DNA from: Acidobacteriota bacterium
GTDB lineage: Bacteria; Acidobacteriota; UBA890; WLXD01
Reading direction: 5' to 3'
Length of the DNA stretch: 64,000 bases
Assembly: GCA_965248695.1 (NCBI GenBank)
Contig: CBDFKD010000002.1
Location: forward strand, 3,648,001 to 3,712,000
Shown: positions 1-10,127 of the stretch, piece by piece
How positions within the stretch are numbered: the stretch's first letter is position 1
Layout: each line of letters begins with the position of its first letter
The notes under the pieces: model-generated
The model's database searches: none
The model's input: the letters and a program-made list of their open reading frames with translations, nothing else
What the model was told of the DNA's origin: nothing
Translations under genes and position numbers: made by a program

Positions 1-971
1 AGCATCACTGCCTCCAGCGCCAGCTCGTCGCGACGTAACCGCTCAGACCCGTGGACGGGAGGGTCGCCACGATCGAGTGCGCCCTCCCAGTCGTTGAGCT
101 GTCGCAGGTTCCACCATCGGCTCCGCCCACCGCTGAACGAGTGTGCCGACGGGCCCAGTCCGAGGTAGGGGGAATGGTGCCAGTACTTACGGTTGTGGTG
201 TGACTCGTAGCGTGGTGCCCGTGAGAAGTTCGACACCTCATAAGCGCGGTAGCCGGCGGCCGCGAGCCGTTCGTGAGCCTGCAGATAGAGCTCTGCCTGG
301 TCCGGCGCGGCAAGCTCATGCAGCTCGCCGCGCCGCCGGCGCCGGTACAGCGGCGTGCCCTTGTGAATGGTGAGCTGGTAGCACGACACGTGGTGCGGCT
401 GCAGCGCGATGACGCGCTCCAGGTTGGCGCGCCAGGTGCTGGCGCGCTGATCAGGTAGTCCGAAGATCAGGTCGACGGAGACGGATTCGAAGCCCGCGTC
501 GAGCGCCGTCTCGACGCTGCGCGTCGATTCCGCCGCCGAATGGCTCCGACCGAGAAAGGCGAGCTCGTCGTCGTCGAACGACTGCGTCCCCAGGCTGATC
601 GTGTGGAAACCGAGATCGCGCCAAACCGCCGCCGACTCGCCGCTCACGTCCTCGGGGTTGGCCTCGATCGTATGGACCGCGTCGTCGCGCACGGGCAGGC
701 GAACGCTGGCTCCTTCGAGCACCTGCGCCAGTTGCTCGGGTTGCAGGCAGGAGGGTGTTCCGCCACCCACGTAGACGGAGTCGATCACCCGGTCCCACTC
801 GCCGTAGTGCTCCATCTCGTCGAGCAAGTGCGCGACGAAGCGCTGGCGCCGTAAGGCACTGCCAGTGCGCACGGCGAAATCGCAGTACGGGCATACGCGA
901 GCGCAAAAAGGAACGTGTAGATAGAGGCCTGCCCCAGCGAGCGGTGCGGCTTCGACATGCTTGTCGGGCAT
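1..971 (-). CDS. hemW: Radical SAM heme chaperone HemW (HemN-like), runs off window start
   Basis: Manual translation (absent from ORF track): MPDKHVEAAPLAGAGLYLHVPFCARVCPYCDF, YVGGGTPS, TIEANPE, ISLGTQSF, YEVSNFS, HNRKYW; GGAGG upstream. Confidence 0.9.
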   Translation of the reverse strand, partial: MPDKHVEAAPLAGAGLYLHVPFCARVCPYCDFAVRTGSALRRQRFVAHLLDEMEHYGEWDRVIDSVYVGGGTPSCLQPEQLAQVLEGASVRLPVRDDAVHTIEANPEDVSGESAAVWRDLGFHTISLGTQSFDDDELAFLGRSHSAAESTRSVETALDAGFESVSVDLIFGLPDQRASTWRANLERVIALQPHHVSCYQLTIHKGTPLYRRRRRGELHELAAPDQAELYLQAHERLAAAGYRAYEVSNFSRAPRYESHHNRKYWHHSPYLGLGPSAHSFSGGRSRWWNLRQLNDWEGALDRGDPPVHGSERLRRDELALEAVM

Positions 972-1087
972 GCGCTGCGGGCCTCCAACCCGCCGACGGG
1001 CCGACGCAGGCATGGGCGGGACGATCGTCCCGTTGGTTGGCCCCCAGCGCCCCACGATGCCGCCTGAGCGTGTTGTAGCATGCCAGC

Positions 1088-3184
1088 ATGGAGGAGGGGC
1101 GCAGCGTTCCGCGGTCGCATCTCGATGAGCTCAACGAGGCGCAGCGACGCGCGGTTCTGTACGGGCTGGATGGCGATCTGCGCTCGGTGGCGCCGTTGCT
1201 GATCATTGCCGGGGCCGGCTCCGGAAAAACCCTCACGCTGGCGCATCGAGTCGCCGAGCTGATCCTCGGCGGGGCGGACCCGCGCCGGGTGCTGTTGCTG
1301 ACCTTCAGCCGTCGGGCGGCGCAGGAGATGCGGCGGCGCGCCGAGCGCATCGTGGTCTCGGCGGTGCGCACCGCGGCGGTCGGGGGAAGTCCGACGCGCG
1401 CCACCGCCACATCGCTCCGCTGGGCCGGAACGTTCCATTCGGTGGCCAATCGCTTGCTGCGCCGGTTCGGCCCGGCGGTCGGGTTGTCTGAATCGTTCAC
1501 CGTCATGGACCGTTCCGACTCGGAGGACCTGCTCAACCTGGTGCGCAATCAGCTCGGCATGTCCGATCGGGCGAAGCGGTTTCCACGCAAGGGCACCTGC
1601 ATGGCGGTGTACTCGCGCACGGTGAACAGCGAACAGGGTCTGGACGAGGTGCTCCGGCGTAACTTCCCGTGGTGTGCCGAGTAGGAGGAGTCGCTGCGCG
1701 CACTCTTCCGCGCCTATGTGGAGCTCAAGCAGGAGCGCGCCATCCTCGATTACGATGACCTGCTGCTGTACTGGGCTCACATGATGGAGGAGCCGGAGCT
1801 CGCGGCGCACGTCGGCGAGCTGTTCGACCACGTGCTGGTCGACGAGTACCAGGACACCAACAGCCTGCAGGCGCGGATACTCTTGGCGCTGTGCTCACGC
1901 GGAGACGGCATCACCGTGGTTGGCGACGATGCGCAGTCCATCTACGCTTTTCGCGCCGCCACGGTGCGCAACATCCTCGATTTTCCGGCCAGCTTCGAGC
2001 CACCGGCCAAGGTCATTTCCCTCGAACAGAACTATCGATCCACGCAGCCGATTCTCGAGGCTGCCAACACGGTGATCGCGCAGGCGAGCGAACGCTTCAC
2101 CAAGGAGCTGTTCTCGGCCAAGGCTTCCGATCAGCGACCGCGCCTGGTGGCCGTCGAGGACGAGAACGCCCAGGCTCAGTACGTCGTCGAAGAGGTCCTG
2201 GCCACTCGCGAGGCGGGCGTGGCGCTCAAGCGCCAGGCGGTGCTGTTCCGGACGGCGCACCACAGTGACCTTCTCGAGGTCGAATTGGCGCGCCGCAACA
2301 TTCCGTTCGTCAAGTACGGCGGCCTCAAGTTTCTCGAGGCGGCGCATGTGAAGGACCTGCTCGCCGTGCTGCGCTGGGCGCAGAATACGCGCGATAGCCC
2401 GGCGGCGTTCCGCGCCTTGCAGCTGCTGTCGGGAGTCGGTCCGGGCACGGCCCAACGGGTCATCGAGTATCTCGACGAGCGCAGCGGTGATTGGGAGGCG
2501 CTGCGCGAATGTCCGGTGCCGGCCGCCGCCCGCCAGGAGTTCTCGGGGCTTCTCGATCTGCTCACCGGGCTGGCCGGCGGCACCGCGCAGTGGCCGGGGG
2601 ACGTCGGCCGCGCCCGTGCGTGGTACGAACCGTATCTGGAGACTCTCTACGAGGCCCCGGTGGTGCGGGCCGGTGATCTCGAGCAGCTGGAACACGTGGC
2701 CGGCCACTATCCGAACCGAGAACGGTTCCTCACCGAGCTCATCATCGATCCGCCGCAGGCGAGCGGCGACCACGCTGGTCCACCGCATCTGGATGAGGAC
2801 TACCTGATTCTGTCGACCATCCATTCCGCCAAGGGACAGGAGTGGGACAGCGTCCATGTGCTCAACGTCGTCGACGGCTGCATCCCGTCGGACATGTCAA
2901 CCGGTACCACCGAAGAGATCGACGAGGAGCGCCGACTGCTCTACGTCGCCATGACGCGGGCCGAGCGCGAGCTGCACCTCATCCATCCGCTGCGCTTCTA
3001 CGTGACGCAGCAACGCAGACTCGGCGGCCGACATGTGTACGCGCCCATCAGCAGGTTCCTGCCCGTGGATGCGCGCCACTGCTTCGAGCGCATCGTTCCG
3101 CGAGATCCGACGGACGACGGCGAGGTGGCCGCCGGGGGCGGGGTTGGTGGCCGACGTCGGCGCGAAGCTGCGCGAGATGTGGTG
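1088..3184 (+). pseudogene. UvrD/Rep/PcrA-family helicase with in-frame TAG at 1682-1684 and probable frameshift near 3130-3145
   Basis: AGAGSGKT, LVDEYQD, VGDDAQSIY, LEQNYRS, STIHSAKGQEW, ERRLLYVAMTRA; frame continues across stop (FPWCAE*EESLRALF); protein-like tail ADVGAKLREMW* lies in another frame after a G-run. Confidence 0.8.
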
Positions 3185-3384
3185 ACGCGCCGCTGACGGC
3201 ACGGCCGACTGTCACGTAGCCGACGTTATCCGTCCCACACGGCGAACAACCTTGGCGCTCGGCGGCAGTAACCCCTCGGCTGGGGGTGGCGAAGAACAAG
3301 TCGAGCGTCGTCGGCGCTCGGCCTCGCGACCGACAGCGTCTGTCGAGAGGGCTACCCACTCGAGCTCCCCAGGAAGGGTCTTTG

Positions 3385-4005
3385 ATGCGCAAGCTTCTCG
3401 TCCTCACCGTCTTGCTCAGTCTGATCGCCGCGCCGGCTATCGGCTTCGCCGCCGCCGGGCTCGACGCCCGCACGTGGGATGTCGATGTTGCCCACACGGA
3501 CGTCGGCTTCAAGGTGCGCCACTTCTTCACCCCGATCAGCGGATCGTTCACCGACTACGAGATCGACCTGGCGTTCGACGCCGACGAGCCCGCCAACAGC
3601 CACGTCGAGGCGACGATCGCCGTGGCCTCCGTCAGCACCGGAAACGAACGCCGCGACAACCACCTGCGCTCGGGTGACTGGTTCGAGGCCGACGAGTATC
3701 CGTACATCACCTTCAGCAGCAAGTCGGTCCGGTCCGTCAGCGGCGGCAGCCTGGTTGCGAGCGGCACGCTCACGATCAAGGGCGTCGCGCGCCAGGTCGA
3801 GCTACCGATCAAGCTGCTCGGCGTACAGCCCATTCCGGAGCCCATGCGCGACATGATGGGAGGCATCACCGAGGCCGCCAGCTTCCAGGCCAGCCTGACC
3901 ATCGACCGCAACGACTTCGGCGTGGGTGTTGGATCCTGGGCCGAAACGGCGATCGTCGGTGGCGACGTTCAGATCGATCTGCTGGTGGAGGCGAACCACC
4001 GCTAG
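3385..4005 (+). CDS. YceI-family exported lipid/polyisoprenoid-binding protein
   Basis: Signal peptide; HTDVGFKVRH, RDNHLRSGDWF, GTLTIKG, IDRNDFGVG. Confidence 0.9.
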   Translation: MRKLLVLTVLLSLIAAPAIGFAAAGLDARTWDVDVAHTDVGFKVRHFFTPISGSFTDYEIDLAFDADEPANSHVEATIAVASVSTGNERRDNHLRSGDWFEADEYPYITFSSKSVRSVSGGSLVASGTLTIKGVARQVELPIKLLGVQPIPEPMRDMMGGITEAASFQASLTIDRNDFGVGVGSWAETAIVGGDVQIDLLVEANHR

Positions 4006-4018
4006 GTGGCGTTTACGA

Positions 4019-7003
4019 TCACTGCGCCCGCCTCTCGCTGGCCGCTTCCAAGTTGCGGATCAGTCGCGCCACCTGGCGACGCTCCCTCCCGTGGGCCAGC
4101 GTGAGTGCGCGGCGCGCATATGGCAGGGCCGGCTCCGGCTCACCGAGGCGGCTGTAGAGCCCGGCCACCGTCCAGTGTCCCAGCGGTTGCGCCGGGATCG
4201 TCGCGGTCAGTCGGAAGGCCGCCTCGAGCGCGAGCTCGAACAAGCCGGCCTCGATGAAGTGCTCCACCAGCGCAGCGTGGACTTGCTCCGGCGCAATGGT
4301 ACCGGCATCGGCGCCGAGCTCGGCAAGAGCGGCCGGGTCGTCCATCAGGTCGGTGCCGAGCAACGGACGCACCCAGAGGTACGTCTGCCCCTGAGTCGGG
4401 TCTAGGGTGAGCGAGCGCCCGAATCGCCAGCGCGCCGGATCGAGCCTTCCCTGCAGTACGCTCAGGCGCCCCCATTCGGCGAAGTAGCGCGCCGACTGTG
4501 GACGCCGACCAAGGGCATTGCGATAGTGGCGGTCGGCGCGTTCTAGCCTCATCGCTCGCCTTACCGGGTCGGCCTCTGCCTCTCCCCACTGGATGTAGAG
4601 GCGCGCCAGGTTGGCGTGTTCCGTCCCGCCTGCCTGCTCGGACCGGAGCGCCTGTCGCAGCTGCGCCGCGGCGCGGCCGAAGCGTTTGTCGCGCGTCGCT
4701 TCCGGGGCGAGGGCTGCCCAATCCGATTGCACGGTGGCAAGCCCCACCCGGTAGGCGATCTCGTCCGGTCGCGACGCCAGCGCCTCTTGGTACAGTTGCG
4801 CCGAGGTGGCGAAGCGTTCCGCGCGCCGCGTGGAGTCGGCCTGTGCCGCCAGGATGTCTGCCCGCACCGCGATGATATGGGGCGTCCTCGGAAGGAGGAT
4901 GCCGAGTGCGGCGATCAGCGCCACGGCCGCAGCGGTGCGAGCCCGTGACCGGCCAACGTGCCTTGGCCAGGTGCCGTGCTTCAGGTCAGTCGTGGCCCCG
5001 ACGCTGGCGCGCGCCCGCGACCTGGAGAGCATCACGCCCATGCCCACCGCCGTCGCCAGCATCCAGGCCTGGTAGCCGTCGAACAGGCCCCCGATCGTCG
5101 AGCTGGCGGCGACATCGGCGCCGCGCCCGCGCAGGGCGGCGGCGGTGGCCAGCTGTAGGCGGTGGAAAACGATGGCCGGCGTCGCCGCCAGCGCGCTGGC
5201 GACCAAGAATCGCACCCAGTGGCCGCCTCGATGGACGGTGCTCGTACGCCCGACCGACGACAGGGCCGCGCCGCACAGCCACGTCGCCTGCAGGACGACC
5301 GCTACCGTCATCCACGGGCCGGGCCCCGGAGCCCACAGTCCGTACGCCAGTGTCGCCAGCATCGCCCCGGTCAAGAGCCCGTCGACCTCGCTGCTGCCTG
5401 AGTCGCGCGCGGTACTGTCCCCGACCCAAGTACCATATCGGACAGCAACAAGGGCCCCTGCGAGCACCCAGAAGCACGTTTGGGTGGCCGTTACAGCGAT
5501 GCCGAATTGCGTTTCGACCAGATGCGCAACTACCGCTGCGGTCAGCAAGAGCGCCAAGCGTCGCGACCGAACCGGCTGGTGGGGGAGCGTGTCGGTGTTT
5601 CCCTCGGAGCGCAGGAGCAGATAGGCCACGGCGCCAATAATCATGCCCGGGACCACGCCGACAGCACCGACCGCCCAGCTGCTGGAAGCCGCGAGAGCGG
5701 CGATCGCTCCCAGCGTTGCACCGGTCACAAGCGCGCCGATGAATCGCCGCGTCGATCCGGGCTCGATCAGCAGTCCCGCGGCGCGTAGGCCGATGCTGAG
5801 GAGCGCCGCCACGGTCAGCAGGTAGCAGCCGACACCCAGCAAGCCCCGCGTGAGAAGGATCTCGAGCACCTGGTTGTGCGCCCGGTCGGGCAGTGATTCC
5901 CAGCTCTCGACGCGCTCCAGCCCTGCCGGGTAGGAGTGCTCCAGAGCCAGCCATGTGGTTTCTGGGCCGAACCCCACCAGCCAACGCCAAGCCGTTCGCC
6001 TGACGTCGGCCACGGATGGATCGGTCATCGCCCGTGGCACGGTGTTCCAGATCAGCAGACGCACACGGTTGGCGTCACGCTCCGGGTTGAGCACCGTCGC
6101 CACGTCGATCACCGAGTCGTCGCCCGTTGCCCGATCCACGGTGACGCTGAGCCAGGCGAATCCGGCGACGACGACAACCACCGCCAGCACGCTCCGGCGT
6201 CGCCTCCAGCGGCCGATGGCGGGCCGCGCCGATGCCGGATCGGCACGCCGCATGGCGAGTGCGCCAGCGACGAGCACCGTGACGCCAAATAGAAGCCCGA
6301 TCAGTGCCGCTGAGCCTTGTGACGTCAGCAGCGCGGCGAGTTGGAGAACGATGACGGCCGCCGGTACTGCGGCCCGTTGCAGCCGCGGCGACCGGATCAG
6401 GCCGGCCACGCCGGCACGGCCCTCGCTGCGGTCAGCGTGCGATGCCTCCACAATGAAGTCAGCGGTCACGAACAGCGGCAGCAGCAGGAAGGCGGCGAGG
6501 AACGTCGGGTTGCCGAAGGTGGCGTTGACCTGCAGCGGCTCGTTGCCTGTCGGAATCACGACGCCGGCGCGTTGAGCCAGCGCCAGCACGCAGATCGGGA
6601 CGCTGCAGGTGGCCAGCGCGAGGCGCAGCCGTCGCCACTGTGCCACATGCCGAAGGCGGGCGGCGAGCGTGGCGAACAGCGCCAGGTAGGCGATATCCAG
6701 CAGCGCTCCTTGTCCCCGAGCATACGATCCTGACCAGCTCAGATCAGGAGCGATGGAGCTCGCGGTGCTGAGCGCGACGGACGCTGTCCAAGCCAGGAAG
6801 ATGGACACCCCGATCGCAGCGGCGCGGGGTACACCGACGCTGGCCCGCCTCGTGTACACCCGCAGCGCTGCCCAGCAGCCCAGCATCAGGAGCACGTACG
6901 TGCGGGCCATGGCTGCCTTGTCGGGCTCGAAGCTGGTGCGCGAGTAGGGGTTGAGGAACAGGGCTGTGGCGACCACTGCACCGAGCCACGCCGCTTCAAT
7001 CAA
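4019..7003 (-). CDS. O-antigen ligase (Wzy_C)-like multi-TM protein with C-terminal TPRs
   Basis: Many TM segments; ATFGNPTFLA, RLLIW, GFGPET, DRAHNQVLE; TPR-like helices at C-terminus. Confidence 0.75.
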   Translation of the reverse strand: MIEAAWLGAVVATALFLNPYSRTSFEPDKAAMARTYVLLMLGCWAALRVYTRRASVGVPRAAAIGVSIFLAWTASVALSTASSIAPDLSWSGSYARGQGALLDIAYLALFATLAARLRHVAQWRRLRLALATCSVPICVLALAQRAGVVIPTGNEPLQVNATFGNPTFLAAFLLLPLFVTADFIVEASHADRSEGRAGVAGLIRSPRLQRAAVPAAVIVLQLAALLTSQGSAALIGLLFGVTVLVAGALAMRRADPASARPAIGRWRRRRSVLAVVVVVAGFAWLSVTVDRATGDDSVIDVATVLNPERDANRVRLLIWNTVPRAMTDPSVADVRRTAWRWLVGFGPETTWLALEHSYPAGLERVESWESLPDRAHNQVLEILLTRGLLGVGCYLLTVAALLSIGLRAAGLLIEPGSTRRFIGALVTGATLGAIAALAASSSWAVGAVGVVPGMIIGAVAYLLLRSEGNTDTLPHQPVRSRRLALLLTAAVVAHLVETQFGIAVTATQTCFWVLAGALVAVRYGTWVGDSTARDSGSSEVDGLLTGAMLATLAYGLWAPGPGPWMTVAVVLQATWLCGAALSSVGRTSTVHRGGHWVRFLVASALAATPAIVFHRLQLATAAALRGRGADVAASSTIGGLFDGYQAWMLATAVGMGVMLSRSRARASVGATTDLKHGTWPRHVGRSRARTAAAVALIAALGILLPRTPHIIAVRADILAAQADSTRRAERFATSAQLYQEALASRPDEIAYRVGLATVQSDWAALAPEATRDKRFGRAAAQLRQALRSEQAGGTEHANLARLYIQWGEAEADPVRRAMRLERADRHYRNALGRRPQSARYFAEWGRLSVLQGRLDPARWRFGRSLTLDPTQGQTYLWVRPLLGTDLMDDPAALAELGADAGTIAPEQVHAALVEHFIEAGLFELALEAAFRLTATIPAQPLGHWTVAGLYSRLGEPEPALPYARRALTLAHGRERRQVARLIRNLEAASERRAQ

Positions 7004-7127
7004 TCCGGAAAGCAGACTGCCCAGTTGGATGCCCGACAGGGACCCGGTGGGAGAGCGTTGTTTGCTGTGTAAATCGCGTGATAGCTTCAGGAGTGTCTCG
7101 AACCGCAGGCTGGGGGAGCGGATCTAC

Positions 7128-7649
7128 ATGAGGATGGGCAGCCGCACTATGTTACCGGCGCTCGTTGCCGTGTACCTGGTGGTGAGCTTTGCGGCGCCAT
7201 CAGGCGTCGCCGCGGTGCAGCAGTGGGTACGGGTGCTCTATACCGCCACCTACCACAACGACGCCGGCGGAGAGCTCTTCCTCCCCGGCGGCACGCTGGA
7301 TCCGGCCGACCTGCTGGATGGTGTGGGCGCCAACACGAAGCTCGTGGTGGGCGCCTTCGTCTCGCTCACGCGTCCCGGTGCGGTCACCGGCACTGTGTTG
7401 CAGATCAGCAATGGGGTAGAGGTCGCCGCGAGCGTCGCCGGAAAGAAAAAGCCGAAGGTGGTGGCCAAGCTGAAGGGCAACCTAGTGCAGGGCGTGATAG
7501 ATCTCAGGAAAACCGTGCCGGCGAAGAAGCTGATCGACAAGGGCATGGTGACCTTCGATATGACCACCAGTGGTCCCGAGGTGGCGGCCTACAACGCTGA
7601 CGTCAGCTACTACATCGAGCTTGCCTCGTTGGCTCGGTCGCGGCGCTGA
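7128..7649 (+). CDS. Hypothetical secreted protein
   Basis: Signal-peptide-like N-terminus, GC3-biased codons, Lys-rich C-half; start uncertain (7128/7149). Confidence 0.6.
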   Translation: MRMGSRTMLPALVAVYLVVSFAAPSGVAAVQQWVRVLYTATYHNDAGGELFLPGGTLDPADLLDGVGANTKLVVGAFVSLTRPGAVTGTVLQISNGVEVAASVAGKKKPKVVAKLKGNLVQGVIDLRKTVPAKKLIDKGMVTFDMTTSGPEVAAYNADVSYYIELASLARSRR

Positions 7650-7688
7650 GGCACGGACCACGGTCGTCCGGCGCACGTAGGCGTCGCA

Positions 7689-8840
7689 TCATCGGTCAGT
7701 CATTTCCTCGTAGAGCCCCACGAGCATGTCCACCGCATCGTCGACGGTTGCTTCTCGCCGGGCCCACTCGCGCGCCCGTTGGCCGCGGCGCCGAAGCAGG
7801 TTGCGGTCCCGCAACACTCGAAGCAACACGGCAGTGATTGCCGCCGCGTCGTGGCTGTCACTGATCTCGGTGCCGTCGATCTCGGGCAACAGGCCCACGG
7901 GTGTCCCGACAATGGCGCATCCGCAGGCTGCGGCCTCGACGGCGGTTACCGACTGACTCTCGAAATACGACGTCACCGCGACGACGTCCGCTTGCCGGTA
8001 GACTGCCGGCATGTGGTGATGCTCGACCGCTCCGTGGAACTGTACGGCCGCCCCGAGCCCCATGCTCCGCGCCGCCGTCCGGAGCTGGCCGTCGAGCTCA
8101 CCGTCGCCGACCAGGTGAAGCCGTGCCTGCGGTAGTTGCCGACGGACCGCCGAGAAACAATCGAGCAGCACGTCGTGCCCCTTCACCGGTATCAACGATC
8201 CGACGGCGAGCAGCGACGGTTCACCGTCGAGTCGCGGCGCCTCGCCGAGCGCGCCCTCGGGAGTGAACTTGCGGGTGTCTACCCCGAGCCGCAGACGATG
8301 CCAGCTCGATGCCCGGTGTCCGCGCTGCCGGCCGATGCTACGCAAGCTCTCTGATCCCACGGTGACCGCGCCGGCGCGTCGCAAGGCTACCGCGGTCGCC
8401 CAGCGGTTGAACCGCGACAGCTGACCGCCGTACCGCAACCTCGGCAGGTCGGCGAGCTCCCCGCCGAGAAGGGAGACCAACGGGCGTTGACCCGTGCCGG
8501 TGCAGGCAGCGGTAGCCACCAGTCCGGGCTCGTGCGCCCAGAGCGCGTGTACTCCGTCGAGGCGGCCGGAACGCAGGTGCGCTCCCACCGCACACGTGGC
8601 GCGGCAGAGCATCGGCAATCGTCGCCAGCCGCGCGCCTCGGCGCCGCCAAACGGTACAACGGGCACACCGAAGACCAGGTAGTTGGACGAAGTGTATGGG
8701 TATCGCAGGGCGAACACGGTGGGATCGACATGCTCGCGGAGCCCCACTACCAGGTCACGCAGCGCCGGAATCCACCAGTCCTGCTCGTCGGCGGCGAAGC
8801 CCGGCACGACGAGACCGATTCGCAGCCGTCGATCGGTCAT
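7689..8840 (-). CDS. Glycosyltransferase family 4
   Basis: VGSLIPVKG, TSYFESQSVTAVEAAACG (EX7E). Confidence 0.9.
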   Translation of the reverse strand: MTDRRLRIGLVVPGFAADEQDWWIPALRDLVVGLREHVDPTVFALRYPYTSSNYLVFGVPVVPFGGAEARGWRRLPMLCRATCAVGAHLRSGRLDGVHALWAHEPGLVATAACTGTGQRPLVSLLGGELADLPRLRYGGQLSRFNRWATAVALRRAGAVTVGSESLRSIGRQRGHRASSWHRLRLGVDTRKFTPEGALGEAPRLDGEPSLLAVGSLIPVKGHDVLLDCFSAVRRQLPQARLHLVGDGELDGQLRTAARSMGLGAAVQFHGAVEHHHMPAVYRQADVVAVTSYFESQSVTAVEAAACGCAIVGTPVGLLPEIDGTEISDSHDAAAITAVLLRVLRDRNLLRRRGQRAREWARREATVDDAVDMLVGLYEEMTDR

Positions 8841-10127
8841 CCCGGCGCCGCTTGCAACCGTTGCCAGACGGGGTTGGTGTCCCAGCTGCCGTTATCCCTG
8901 GCGACCGCGGCGATCCGCGCGCGTACGGCTCGCGGGTCTCCGATGAGCCACTTGGGCGTGTCGTCGACTCGCGCGTTGGCCGGGCCGAGCTCCAGAACGG
9001 CGGAAAGCTCGGGATCGGCAAGCGTCGGCCGGCCGCCGTTCAGAACCAGCGCCAGATCGGCAGAGTGTGCCCGCAGCAAAGCGTTGCCGGCGTCCGCGGA
9101 GGGGTCGTGATCGTCGCCGCCGGGCGGCGCAGGCTGGGCCGTGTCCAGGCGTGTAGCGAAGACGGTGAGATCGGCCGGACCGCCCTGCTGGATCCGACCG
9201 CAGCCGGCCTCGAGGCCCAGCATTGCCGCCGGTTCGGTGGTGACCATCCTCAGCAGGCGACCGCCGCTCACTGCACCGGTGCCGTGCGCCACGCGGAGCT
9301 CGTCGAGCAGGCCGGGCCGAGCCGCTGATGGTCGAGTCGGTGCCGAGCGCGACCCGGACACCGGCAGGCAAAGCCTCGACATCGACGGTCTGGTCGAACA
9401 GGAACAGGTTGGACGCGGGGCACCACACCAGTCCGACGCCCAGCTGTGCGAGCCGTAGCCACTGCGGCGGGGTGATCGCCACCCCGTGCACCAGGACGGT
9501 GTCGTTGCCGAGCACACCCATCGCTTCGAGCTCGTCGATCTCATCGCGAGTGCGCGCATCGGCGCCCTCGGCGGCGTGCATCACGAACGGCCCCGCGCCG
9601 CTGCCGTAGGCATCGCGAGGATCGCCGCCGAATCCCAGCGAGTGCGCCCAGCGGTAGGGATGAACGACGCCTATCGGGAAGTCGTTGCCGAAGATACGGC
9701 GGTGATAGGTGTCGTGATGCATCACCGTGGTGACGCCCGAGACGATGTTCTTGTATGCCCCCCAGGCAAGACGGTCCGGCAGGCTGACGCGACGCAGGTC
9801 GCCGATCGGCGCCTCGTCGGGTCGATACACGTCGTCGGCCCAGGCGTAGAAGCTGGGGTAGGGCGGTGTGCCGAGGCGCGGGAGAAAGTCGAGCTCCAGG
9901 TGATCGTGGGCGTTGATCAAACCGGGATAGGCGCGGTGACCGTCGAGTTGGAGCACCTGCTCTCCCGTAGCCCTCGGTAGCCCGACGCCGATCTCGGCGA
10001 TGCGCCCCGCCGCCAGGCGCAGGTCGCCGTGGAAAGTGTCGCCGTCGCTGTAGCATTCCAGGTTCCGCAACAGCAGCGAGGGAGGCTTGCGTCGCCGTCG
10101 TAGGCGCTCGAGCATCGACCATTCCAT
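8837..10127 (-). pseudogene. Amidohydrolase-family protein, +1 frameshift at ~9317
   Basis: PGLINAHDH, MHAAEG, LVHG, WCPASN, ALGTDS; continues PGLLDELR...GGPADL in the 8837..9559 frame. Confidence 0.75.

Noticed and set aside
1682-1684. Amber recoding or pyrrolysine at the helicase TAG
   Set aside because: TAG ends many intact genes here (yceI, alr, sufB, fusA); no pyl genes in the window
3200-3384. Riboswitch upstream of yceI
   Set aside because: Only generic GC-rich pairing; no aptamer consensus recognised
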